Shown in pieces: positions 13,006 to 24,082 of a DNA stretch of 64,000 bases. The notes below the pieces were generated by a model, which searched no databases, had not been told where the DNA came from, and was given only the letters and a program-made list of their open reading frames with translations. The first letter of the stretch is position 1. Every line of letters begins with the position of its first letter. The translations under genes and the position numbers were made by a program. The stretch is taken from positions 49,724,001 through 49,788,000 of the forward strand of contig NC_043012.1 in NCBI RefSeq assembly GCF_006345805.1, read 5' to 3'. Origin of the DNA: Octopus sinensis (taxonomy: Eukaryota).

Positions 13006-13044
13006 AAGAAATTTGAAGAGCTAACTGCGAAACCGGTATTTCTT
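13006..13044 (+). ncRNA. Degenerate minimal hammerhead motif in a PLE pLTR (probably inactive)
   Basis: AAGAAAT/ATTTCTT 7-bp stem I, TTGAAGA (C3U), GC-TAACT-GC, GAAA, palindromic ACCGGT; the cleavage-site nucleotide appears to be deleted. Confidence 0.6.
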
Positions 13045-13194
13045 TAAAAATTATAAAATTATGTCATTTTAAGGAGGGAAAAATTTTTTTCCAATATTCT
13101 CCAGACATTTTGACGCAAATATATATATTTTTTAACATTTAAGCCTTCTGTCGTTTTTTCACTCTTTACTATTTTCTTATATTATATATATATA

Positions 13195-13239
<45 letters not shown>

Positions 13240-14108
13240 ATATATAGTTATAATTGTATATATATATATATAGATTCTATGTCATGGTTGCTTGATTTTA
13301 ATAAATAAACACTATTAGAAAAGATAGGAAGTTAGGATTATGTTTTGGGGAGTTTAATGTTTAGAATTGTTCTTTTGATATGCTAGAAAAGGAAAAATTA
13401 AACGAAGAGTTGGAAAAGAACTATAAAACTAATATACAATGGAATGAAGAATAAAAAATAGTAGATTATAAGGGAACATGTATTTAGGTATATGTTATAC
13501 AATCTATTTGTAATCATTAATTATTAGCAATATAAATATATAAATGGAGATTATTCGGTTGTAAGAAGGAATAGAGTATTACGTAATATGAAGAAAAATA
13601 GATTATTTATATTTATGCATTATGGTCAATAGGTTACTAAAATACATTGGATCTATTTCGTACGAACACTGGATTTGATATTTAAATTCAAAATTAACCA
13701 AACGAATATGAATTATATGATAATTTACTATACTGTTCATAAGTAAGAAAGAAATAACGGATATACAATAAATGTATAGATAAGGGGATGTTATTTATAT
13801 TATGTATATACGTTATTATGCTGCGTTGTGATTGAGTAATTTGTAACAAACTTCCCGTAACCGTACAATGCAACTGCCAAATTGCATGTTCCTTAACTTG
13901 AATTGAGTATTCCCGTTATTCGTTATAAAGATTTATATATATATATATATATTATATATATATATATATAATCAAAGCAATTAAGATTCAAGTAACTTCC
14001 AATGAATTTACTTGAATGTGGTACTTAACTTAGATGCACCAGAAAAACTATATGGTGTTATCCATACAGTAATGTGGGGTGATTATAAACGAGAAAGAAG
14101 CAACAAGA

Positions 14109-14214
14109 ATGGATTGGTTTTTAGTACAATTGTTTCATACAAAGACAGGCTTTATTACAAGTTGCAAAAATTGCAGCAGATAAAAGTGTCCCGTACTCAT
14201 CAGCTAAAATACAT
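14109..14214 (-). ncRNA. Type I hammerhead ribozyme motif, minus-strand copy
   Basis: Reverse complement of the 14548-14653 motif: CTGATGA at 14203-14197, GAAA at 14136-14133, GUA triplet at 14127-14125. Confidence 0.75.
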
Positions 14215-14547
14215 AGTCTGTGAGTATGAAATCCCTCATCTTACCACTGGAAATGTAAATCTTCAGTATGGATTAATTCACCTTTTCTGTGAAGCTAATA
14301 AGTCTTTAAAAACCTGTGATAAGTCTGTGCATCATCCTCTTCATATCTCTGGAAATTTAAATCTACACCATGGATTGATTCATCTTCTCTTCGAAACTAA
14401 TAAGTTTTTTAAAAATCTGTGATAAGACTGTGCATCATCATTAAGGAACTTTGGAAAACTGTTTACAACCTATATCTGCCTCTAATGGAACTATCTCCAA
14501 TATCTCATGAGTATAACCTCACCCACTAAGATGTCTAGAGAACTCAA

Positions 14548-14653
14548 ATGTATTTTAGCTGATGAGTACGGGACACTTTTATCTGCTGCAATTTTTGCAA
14601 CTTGTAATAAAGCCTGTCTTTGTATGAAACAATTGTACTAAAAACCAATGCAT
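14548..14653 (+). ncRNA. Type I hammerhead ribozyme motif with intact core, plus-strand copy
   Basis: Stem I TTTTAG(14553-58)/CTAAAA(14638-43), ACCAA bulge, distal ATGTA/TGCAT; core CTGATGA 14559-65; stem II GTAC/GTAT extended to a TGCAA-TTT-TTGCA hairpin; GAAA 14626-29; palindromic stem III ACAATTGT; GUA cleavage after 14637. Confidence 0.8.
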
Positions 14654-14670
14654 TCTTGTTGCTTCTTCTC

Positions 14671-14711
<41 letters not shown>

Positions 14712-14809
14712 TGTGTGCTAGCGTGCATTTGTGTATGTATATGCATATAAATATTATCTATCTATCATCTATCTACTATCTACCTATCTGAATTGCATGA
14801 TAGATCGCT

Positions 14810-14995
14810 AGCCACTACACATTCTTTATTTTCTCTCCTTGTTTCTCTCTGTGTTACTTTCTGTGGAAGAGCGTATGCTCGAAACGTTAAAGACATTTTC
14901 ACTCCCCGAGTGTTATACTAATACATCTGTTTGTTGTCTATACCACCTGTTTTCGTCTTTTGTGTTTTTTTTTTGTGTGAGATTTCTCCCTACAC
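14810..14995 (+). mobile_element. PLE pLTR-like repeat with a variant minimal hammerhead motif
   Basis: CTTT-CTGTGGA-A-GAGC GTAT GCTC-GAAA-CG-TT-AAAG at 14857-14892; flanks are homologous to 59470-59655. Confidence 0.65.
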
Positions 14996-15084
14996 ATACA
15001 CACATATATATATATATTATATATACTGCTCTACATCTTAGAATGTGCTTCTTTCTTCGGATTTATGTTTGCTACAAACGATAT

Positions 15085-15152
<68 letters not shown>

Positions 15153-15844
15153 GCATATATGTACAGATATATAAACGCATGCATAATTGCATACGTTACA
15201 CAGCCCATAATTTCATCATTCTAATGGTATATTCATTTTCCATCGATCCTATTAAATCCTGGTAATTATGTTATTGTAACTCAGCCGGTCTATTTTATCC
15301 AAACAAAACCAGTTGTTATACTAGTTACACCAGCAATCAGGCTGTCAGAACTAACGCTGGTATTTTTTTGTCATTTGCTTAATCCCACCCCACACATATA
15401 TGCATACACGCGTAGGGAACGCAAACACATATATAGATATATTGTACACGTATATTTCATATATGTGCTCGCGCAAACACTCAGACACATATATTCACAC
15501 AGATAATCATGCATTCGTACCGTTATGCATTCTTTATGTGTCTGATTTTATATATTCCCCTTTAAAATATGTACTTGATATTGAAATTATTTGTAGATAA
15601 GTAAGATAAAATATTCTACGCAGATACAATGAACGTGGTGTATTGTCTGTTATTCAACGATGTGGAATTCAGTACAGAAACTCATCTTCACAAAATATGT
15701 TTTTATATCGAAGTTATAAACATTTATAAACGCGGCAATTTGACAGAATCTTTAGCGTTTCGTAAAAAAGTACTGCTTAGCGGTAGTTCTGACTTCCAAT
15801 ACTGGACTTTCAGTGTTTCACAGTTGCTACAATTCTTTCTATAA

Positions 15845-16385
15845 TAGGCACAATTCCTGAAATTTTGCGGAAGTAGGATATTCGATTACATTGTCCCCAG
15901 TGCTCAGCTTGTACTTATATCATCAACCCCAAAAGGATGAAAGGTAAAGTTGACCTCGGCTGAATTTGAACTTAGAACCTGAAGACCGTCGAATTATCGC
16001 CAAGCATTTTACCAGACGTGCTAATGATTACGTCACCATGCCATCAGGGTTGATATAAGTACTAATTGAGCACTGAAGTCTGTTTCAGTTTATCGGGGTC
16101 AATAAAATAAATATCAGTTTAGCACTGGATTCTATGTAATTGCTGGCCCTGTGCAAACATTTGAAACCGTTATTATAAAGCGAACGAATGCAGCGAGTTG
16201 ATAGTGTCGTTAGAGCATTAAAGTTACGGTATAGTCATGACTCTTTGCACGTTTAGTTCAAATACGTGGCAGTCAACTTTGACTCTGGGATCGATAAAAA
16301 TGAAGTAGAGATCATGTAGTGTTATCAATTTTATTAACACCCTTTTTTAAAAACTGTTGACCTGGTTCTTAAATTCGTAACATTT
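15845..16385. mobile_element. Cluster of old tRNA-derived SINE copies with the GACTTTGCCTTTCATCC..GGGGTCGATAAA central domain (one minus, two plus fragments)
   Basis: 15845-16035 aligns to the reverse complement of 53731-53880; degenerate plus-strand fragments at ~16060-16170 and ~16180-16385. Confidence 0.65.
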
Positions 16386-16731
16386 ATGAATATATTTCAC
16401 AATTAGGAGACCAACGAAAAATTACTGAGTAATTCAATTACATCCTTTTATATAATCAGAGTAAATTCCTCTTTCCCAATCTTTACCGCCAATCAATCCC
16501 GGATCGATAAAAATAATTAATAACAACTGGATTCCTAGAAATGATCTAATCAACAGTCATCCCAAGTTAGAGAGCATTATTATGGTTATTGATGCATTTT
16601 GTTGGCGTGGTTTATTTTCTCCTTTTTTTTTCATTGTTTAGTCAGAAGTAGAGGGGTAAAGGCCATAAACATCCGGGCTTCCTTGACCAGAGGCAAGTAA
16701 GGAGGGAGTTACTTTTATACCGATCGCCCAA

Positions 16732-16792
<61 letters not shown>

Positions 16793-17699
16793 TTATTTTT
16801 ATTTTTTAGCAGAGGGATCTCTGAAGTCATCCGCTGGAAAGTTGGGGTGTTTTAAACCGGATGAAAAGAAAAGTTGTACACGCAAACTTTGTTCTCCCTA
16901 TAGTTCTTGTGGTTCATTAGTCCCAGGCCTACTTAGATCGATAAAAGATGCACAAAGATGCGCAAACATGCACATTTTGTCGTTTTAAGTTCATGTAACA
17001 CATCAGTATATTTGTTTCGTCCTATAAAAGGAGCGATATTTGACTGCAACATGGAATATACCGATTGAAAACACAATTTCACATCATTCTCTCAACTTCG
17101 TTTCTGTATTAGACCAGCCAATATTTTGAATCCTAAATTGTTCTCACACTCTCTGTCTCTGGAATTAAACTCTGCAACAGTTTATGTTTATTGTTTAAAC
17201 TTTACAATCTTTGGATGTGGCTAGGCTTCTCTAAATGCTGCGAGATAGCAAAATCCTCAGAACGTGAGACAAAAATGTTACGTATTATTTTTTTTAGTCT
17301 TTTTGCTTTCTGAAGTTATATCATACTGGGCTCACCTCTACCTTTCATCCGTCTGGGGGCGATAAAATGAAATACAGGTCATAAAGTGGATTCGATTTAA
17401 TCGACTAACCTTCTTCCTTAAAATCTATTGCATTTGTGTCTTTTTCAGAAATCGTTATTTTGGTCTTTCAGCGTCCGTGATTAGAGAAAGTCTTTTAAGC
17501 GTCCGAGAAAATGCTTTATTCTGACTCTTTCAGCAGTGAGTTCAAATCTTGCTAACTTGGCATTCCATCCTTTCGGTGTTACTAAAGTCGATATCATATA
17601 TCAATACAGTTACCGTCCTGAAACTGTCAGCTTTGTACCTGAATTATTCTGTTCAATCAAAAGTTTTGCAATATTTTGGAAACTTTTTTTATTTATTCG

Positions 17700-18255
17700 T
17701 AAACTTTCAACAAAAACAGCCGAGCATTTAAAGTGATGGCCATCCTGTTGCGCCGGTTCAAGCCATCTTTCTGCCAGTTCTTTTGATCCCACGGTGATAC
17801 TAGTCCTTGTCATTTCAGGGGAGAACAACTTCACTACAGATTCCACCTTTCTTGATTGATGAAGCTTCGACAACCTAGGATGTAAGGCATGGATCGGAGC
17901 AAGTAATAATCAGATTGAGACATTTTTCCTTATTCCTGACATGCTTAATCAGTACCTAAGCACGAGTCACTTTCCCGAACCTGTCCCCGAACAAATGGTC
18001 ACTTTCTGCGTTTGGTGGAAATATCACAGAATAATTCACTCCGAATTCTTTCAGGCCGGCCGAAACATCGATGCCAACTTTTACTCCGAAAAGTCGGCGG
18101 AGATTTATGCCATTGTGCATTGGTTAACAGAAACCGAACTCTGTTGCTGTCAGACAACGCAATAATTCACACCGCTCAATCGACCAAGAAATAAACTCCT
18201 GGAACTTGAATGAATAGAACTAATGCCACCACCCAGCATATAGCCCAGAACTATT
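17700..18255 (+). pseudogene. Degenerate mariner (DD34D-type) transposase fragment
   Basis: Frame-shifted motifs MVTFCVWWKY.RIIHSEF..GRNIDANFY, ALVNRNRTLLLSDNA..HTAQST and PPPS.YSPEL (YSPDL motif). The 5' boundary is approximate. Confidence 0.8.
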
Positions 18256-18769
18256 TTTTATGCAACTGATTTATAAATCTTCGAAATTGGTTGCATTTAA
18301 ATCATTTATTTCTCTTCCATGTCCACATTCATTAAATTCTTGAATTCCTCTAAGAAGCGAATCTATGAAGCTGCCGCATCGATTAGATGAACTTCTTTAC
18401 TACATTAACCAGAATATTTAATTTGATTGAAGTAAATATTTGATTAAATTTCATATTTCTTGCTAATTAATGAACGAGCCGTTTTCGTGCATCGCTGCTC
18501 CAGATTTGCTGTATAAACCATTTAAATATTTCACGTAAAATATTTCAACAAGAAAAATATTGCAAACATTTTTAATAAAAAACAGAAAAGTAATAATATT
18601 CTTAAAAATTTGTCATTTAAATTCATCAGTAACTTCTTAGCTCCTTCTCCAGAGATATTTATTTATGAAACTTCAATGCTTTACAAAACACAGTTTATAT
18701 CAGACATGGTGATATTTGAAAAGGAGAGAAAATACAGAGAAAGAAAGTGGGAGAAAGAGAGAGAGACAG

Positions 18770-18813
<44 letters not shown>

Positions 18814-19153
18814 TCTGTGCGTGCGTTTGAGTGTGTGAATGCGCTAATGCGTATGCACGAATGTGTGACAGAAAACAGAACGTTGTGACCAGTATTTCAA
18901 TCTACATACATATATACATACATACGTAAATACATACATATATACATACATACGTAAATACATGCATATATACGTACATACGCACATGCATGCAAACTTA
19001 CATACATGTATGCATGCATACATATATATACGAGCATGTATAGATACATGCTTTAATGCGTTTATACAAACAAACATGCATACATCGAACCATTCATCCA
19101 TAGATCCGTCCATACATACATACATGCAAGCTTACATGCGTACACACACACTC

Positions 19154-19484
19154 GTGGTAATCCGTCGGTTACGACGATGAGAGTTCCAGTTGATCCGATC
19201 AACGGAACAGCCTGCTCGTAAAATAAACGTGCAAGCGGTTGAGCACTCCACAGACACGTGTACCATTACGGTAGTTCTCGGGGAGAGTCAGCGTCACAGA
19301 GAGTGTAACAAGGCTGGCCCTTTGAAATACAGGTACAGCAGTAACAGGAAGAAAGAGTGAGAGAAAGTTGTGGTAAAAGAGTAGAGCAGGATTTGCCCCA
19401 CCCACTGCCGGCAACTTGTAGAGCTCTAAGTGTTTTCACTCAATAAACACTCACAACTCCCAGTCTGAGAATCGAAACCGCGAT
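19154..19484 (-). mobile_element. tRNA(Arg)-like SINE, head truncated, 'body B' + tail W
   Basis: Body B as in 791-1089; tail GTGTCTGTGGAGTGCTCAACCGCTTGCACG..GAGCAGGCTGTTCCGTTGATC also present on the plus strand at ~24300-24450. Confidence 0.75.
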
Positions 19485-20154
19485 AGTACACACACGAGCA
19501 CATACATAAATATTCTTATATCCAGATATGCATTTGCACATTCAATAATTCCTTACATTCGTATTCATTTATTGTTTTATTCATTTAGGCCCTGCATCTG
19601 TGGCCACGCTGGGGCACCACCATGTGAATGGAAACGTGAAATAAGTCAAGAGTGTCTCCACGTAGAAAGATATACACACAAACACGTAAAAATACCTCTC
19701 TAAATATACATATATGTATGTACGCGTGAGTTCGTGCGCGCCTGTATGTATGTATGTATGTATGTATGTATGTATGTATGTATGTATATGTGCGTGTGTG
19801 TATGTGCGTGTGTGTGTGTGCACGCTTGTGTGTGCGTATGGGGGATGTAAATCTTGAAAAAAATTCTCCCTTTCTAACTTATATATTCGATGCTAATTGA
19901 TAAATAACTGAACTGGTTTAAAATCGTTTAGATTAATTAAACTATAATTATTCGGTTGCTCATCATATGTGTTCGGGTGTTACGCTGCTAACAATTTTAA
20001 ACTAAGAACGAAATTGAAAGGTATTCGAAATTTTTAACAGAAAATTATTTCATGAAGGACTACGAATTAATATAATTAAAAGAGAAATTAGAATACTAAT
20101 AAAATTAGATTTCTACAAGTTATATTTTAAACCATCAATAAATATGAAAACTGA

Positions 20155-20425
20155 AAGCAGCGAGCTGGCAGAAACGTTCGCACGCCGGGAGAAATTCTTA
20201 GCGGTATTTCGTCTGCGCTACGTTCTGAGTTCAAATTCCGACGAGGTCGACTTTGCCTTTCATCCTTTAATAGAAAAAAAGTGGTGACCTGGCAGAAACG
20301 TTAGCACGCCGGGCGAAATGCGTTGCCGTATTTCGTCTGCCGTTACGTTCTGAGTTCAAATTCCACCGAGGTCGACTTTGCCTTTCATCCTTTAGGGGTC
20401 GATTAAATTGGTACCAGTTACACAC
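20155..20425 (+). mobile_element. Two tandem 5' halves of the GCGAGCTGGCAGAAACGTTAGCACGCCGGG SINE family
   Basis: 20155-20268 and 20283-20425 both align to 53731-53880; the first ends in an A-rich stretch. Confidence 0.85.
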
Positions 20426-20469
20426 TGTGTGTGTGTGTGTGCGTGTGTGTATTTTTGCGATCTATTAAT

Positions 20470-21480
20470 TTGAGTTGAGTCAATCCAAGAACCTAGATTA
20501 TTTCGTCATTCTGTTTCAATTCCGTTATGTTTCTTCCTTCTATTTTTTTCTTTTTGTCTTTCTCTACATAATTTTCCTTACATTTTCAAACACTCTTCCT
20601 TCCGTGATTTTAGTTATTTTCTTAGTTTATTTTCTGTCCATTTCTTCCTGCACGTCTCTTCCTGTTTCTTCTTTCCTTCGTTGATTTCCTTCCTTCTTTC
20701 TCATTCAGTGTGCCTTCTTTTTTTTGTGTGTTCTTCCTTTAAATTTTTTCTCTCATTTTCTATATTTATTTAATTTATTGTAATAAACTTATCTCTTCTG
20801 ATTTTTTTCTTCCTCTCTTTCATTTTATCTTTCTTTCTTACATTCATTCCATCTTTCAGATCTATTGTACTTTACGGCTTTCTTTCTTTTATACTTTCTT
20901 ATTCTGTGTCATTTTTCTTTCTTCATCTTATTCGGTTTTCGTTCATTCATACTGCCATCTTTCTCTGCTACATATTTTTCCATTTCTATTCTTTATTCCT
21001 TTCTTCATTCTCTCTTTAATTTTCTTACTTTCAATATTTGTTGCTTTCTATTTCTCTCTTCGTTCATTCATTTTTTATATTGTTCTTTGTTCCCATTTTT
21101 CTTTTATTCTAAATTTTATTTATGCCTTTATTTCTTTCCTTGTTACATTATTTACTATTTTTCATTCTGTTTCATTTCGGCCTTCCTTATAGCTCACTTT
21201 TCCGACTTTTTTCCTAAAATCCCACTTCTTTATAGATATCTCGTCTCTTTTAGCTTCCTTTTCAATTTTTTTTATGTAAACATTTCTGTATCAACTTTAT
21301 TCGTTCCATAAATACAGTACACTTTCTTTGTTCCTTCTTTTTATCTTTTTCTTTCATGCGTTTCTTTCTTTCTTACTTTTTCTTTCTTCCCTATTAAATA
21401 TGTTTCGTTATTTAGTTATTTCTCTTATTCACTTATTTCAACATCTTTACCTTCCTCCTCTCTAATTTTTCTGCAGCGTT
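20470..21480 (+). repeat. ~1-kb degenerate T/C-rich low-complexity tract
   Basis: Strongly pyrimidine-biased with no stable period; its Phe/Leu/Ser-rich ORFs are compositional artefacts. Confidence 0.8.
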
Positions 21481-21604
21481 CTGGAACCTGGGTTCCGTTC
21501 ATTGATTCTACTCTGACACAAGTCGTCATATATTCAGCGGAGCGCACAAGCGAACGATATTCAAAGCACAACAGAGAATATGCAGGAATAATTAATAACA
21601 ATTA

Positions 21605-22012
21605 TTGTTTCAAATTTTGGTACAAAGCCAGCAATTTTAAGGGCAGTGAAAATTCGATTTCATGGAACCGAGTGCTCAAATACTTCTTTATTCTTCAACT
21701 CCGAAAGCAAGGTAGGTAAAGTTGTCTTCTCTGGCATTTGGACCGAGAAACTGAAGCTGACGCTAAAATTTTGGTCGTTACAAACATAGCTATTGTTTTT
21801 GCTATTGGCACAATACCTGAAATTTTGATGGGAGTACACTAGTCTATTATATCGACCGAGTGCCTAGCTGGTACTTAATTAATTGACTCCGAAAGGATGA
21901 ATGGCAATGTCGTCCTGGGCGGCATATGAACTAGGAAGGTAAAGACGAACGCAATGCCACTAAGCATTTTGTCTGACGTGCTAACGAGTGTGCTTGTTCA
22001 CCACCTCAGTAA
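21605..22012 (-). mobile_element. Two adjacent old SINE copies (same family as 43170-43375)
   Basis: TTTCAAATTTTGGTACAAAGCCAGCAATTT and TTGGCACAATACCTGAAATTTT tail ends, each followed by GAAAGGATGAA..AAAGT.GAC central-domain relics. Confidence 0.7.
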
Positions 22013-22066
22013 TAACAACAACAACAGCAACAACAACAACAACAACAGTAATAATAATAATGATAA

Positions 22067-22590
22067 CCCTGATGCCGTACCTTGCAGTGGCTCTCGTGGC
22101 TTCTGATCTTAACTGATTGGAAGTGTTTTCACGTACTTGTTTTGTCTTGGTATAAAAGATGGGCTACAGCAAATATTCTGCACAATACCACAAATTTGGT
22201 TGTCAGTTGTTTGACCTTAACCAGTTGAGCATGTCCCTTAGTGGCTGACGATATGTGCATCTCTGATCACGAGTAGAAGTAGTGGGCGAGCATCATAGCC
22301 ATATGTTCAGAGGAATTCTTTGGGGTTTGAATATTTCACCTCTGGAAACATGGGTGTTTCGTTCAACATCCTTAAACAACCCTTATTCAGGGAACTTTTG
22401 AATGGGATGACCAGAAGAAGAATTCTATGTGGACCCCACCTGCGAGGTCATGTGCTATTTATCTAGATATGAGATCACCTTGTGTACCCTTATTAGACGG
22501 ATAATCATGATGGGTATATTTTCATCGTATATTCTACCCCAGTGTCACTTTGATGGCATGCACTGCTCTCTCACTCAATAATAATAATAA
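22067..22590 (+). mobile_element. ~550-bp (AAT)n-bounded repeat, copy 2
   Basis: Colinear with 8071-8629; preceded by CAA/AAT repeats and ends CTCTCTCACTCAATAATAATAATAA. Confidence 0.85.
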
Positions 22591-22789
22591 CCATGATTCA
22601 CTTATTGGACAGAGAGGTTACAAATAAACAAAGGACAGTGGAGATTTACATAAATACTTGTGAACGATAAAAACGATAACGATGAACAATGCTATAAGGA
22701 CAAAAATCCTTTTGGTGAGAGGTGACGCCATCCCTCCTTGTGTATGCGTGAACATTTTCGAACCGGTATGCCTCGTCAATTTCCGGCTA

Positions 22790-22925
22790 TTACGCCGAGA
22801 GTATGGAGGTGTAGTGCGCGCTCACTAGATTTTCGTTTTCATCGAAAGCATTGAGCAAAGATATTGCACCACGTTTTCTAAAAAGCTTGATCATACTCAA
22901 GCTCAGAAGATTCAACAAGGCCACA
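22790..22925 (+). pseudogene. Short mariner 5' fragment (transposase N-terminus)
   Basis: ATTGAGCAAAGATATTGCACCACGTTTTCTAAAAAGCTT translates IEQRYCTTFSKKL, resembling the mariner N-terminal EQR.CIKFC.KLG motif. Confidence 0.5.
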
Positions 22926-23920
22926 ACGTTTGGAAGAGTCCATTTCCCATCTGTTTTCTCAATCTTACAAGCACCAGCTTAAGCGTAGGCCTACTCATTT
23001 GGCCTACATATTCACTCACATTTAAACAAATTTACTGAGTTACAGCAATCCCATCACGAAACTTACCTTCCTTCTGAATTGGCAGTTAAAATTGTTGATA
23101 ACTACTTGGATAAAGTGGGAAAAACTACCATATTGGCATTAGTGGTGGAGTATTTGTTGATGAGGTAGATTTTAAAGATGTTTTGTGTCAGTGTCGAGAT
23201 GTTATTGGGTGGTATCTTTATTTCCGGTACATTTACGCGCAACTTCTCGTCTCAAGAAATTATAAGATCTGAAAACATCATCCCAGATGCAGGCAGAGGT
23301 GTATTGTTCTGCGGGAGTATATCTGAGTTTGTACCCGTAGGAGGAGAAGGAAAAGGAAAAAGAGAGAAAGTACTGGGCGATGTTATCCTCTGTCAGGCGA
23401 TGATTTTGTTGAAATTATTGATGTGACTGATACTGCTGTTTCCACGGTTGCTACTGCGATTGTATATGTTGTTATTGTTGCTGTTTTCGTCGCTACTATT
23501 GTTGATGCTGGTGTGAATGTTGTCATTGTGGCTCTTTTTACATATGATGTTGCTTCTTTTCTTCTTCTTCTTCTTCTTCTTCCAATCAGGACTCACGCCA
23601 TTAACCACAAAGAATAATCTCTCAATTCGAGCCTACTCTAAGCTACTTAGAAAGCGTGTGGCAACTTGAAGATCCACCCACCACACGTGATAGACTGGCG
23701 GTTGCACAGTCGTGAAAGTTCCGTTGTTATCCTCATTCCGTAAACGGTGGCTTTTAACGGGTGATGTGAACCATCGTAGAGAACAGAGGGTTCGCAATCT
23801 AGACTAGGGTCTGAAAGTTTACTACATCATAGTGGGTCTAGTCTTTGATGATGCGGTCAAAGCCAACAGTTGTGAGACCAAGATTGTTGTGAATCGATCT
23901 GTTTCGGCTAATCAATTTGT

Positions 23921-24082
23921 GGCAGAAGTAGGAAGAAAGAGAGAGAGAAAGTTGTGGTGAAAGAGTACAGCGGGGTTCACCACCACCACCCGGCGGGGCC
24001 TCGTGTAGCTTAGGTGTTTTTGAAACCGCGTTCTTCCGACCGCGAAACCGCTGCGCTAACCACTGGGCCTTTGCGCCTCCAC
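23921..24082 (-). mobile_element. Internally deleted tRNA(Arg)-like SINE ('body B')
   Basis: Minus strand GTGGAGGCGCAAAGGCCCAGTGGTTAGCGCAGCGGTTTCG head and body B fragments. Confidence 0.75.

Larger units (their letters stand above)
12384..13183 (+). mobile_element. 5'-truncated Penelope-like element with an inverted terminal segment
   Basis: GIY-YIG remnant (next feature), hammerhead relic at 13006-13044, perfect 77-bp inverted repeat 12418-12494/13107-13183, (TA)n on both sides. Confidence 0.85.
13970..14672. mobile_element. Fold-back element with ~125-bp near-perfect inverted arms, each containing a hammerhead (PLE pLTR-derived)
   Basis: 14089-14214 is the reverse complement of 14548-14672 with one mismatch and a 1-nt indel; bounded by (TA)n at 13935-13970 and 14672-14708. 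Confidence 0.85.

Noticed and set aside
13270-13930. AT-rich TA-bounded segment vaguely like an L1/Tx1 ORF2 C-terminus
   Set aside because: No diagnostic motif (such as a CCHC knuckle) could be read; only a TBLASTX search could decide.
23041-23620. Possible minus-strand exon ending at an AG|GTAAGT donor (23067) with a Thr-rich upstream frame
   Set aside because: All three minus frames contain stops within the segment and the Thr-rich part derives from eroded ACA/GCA repeats.
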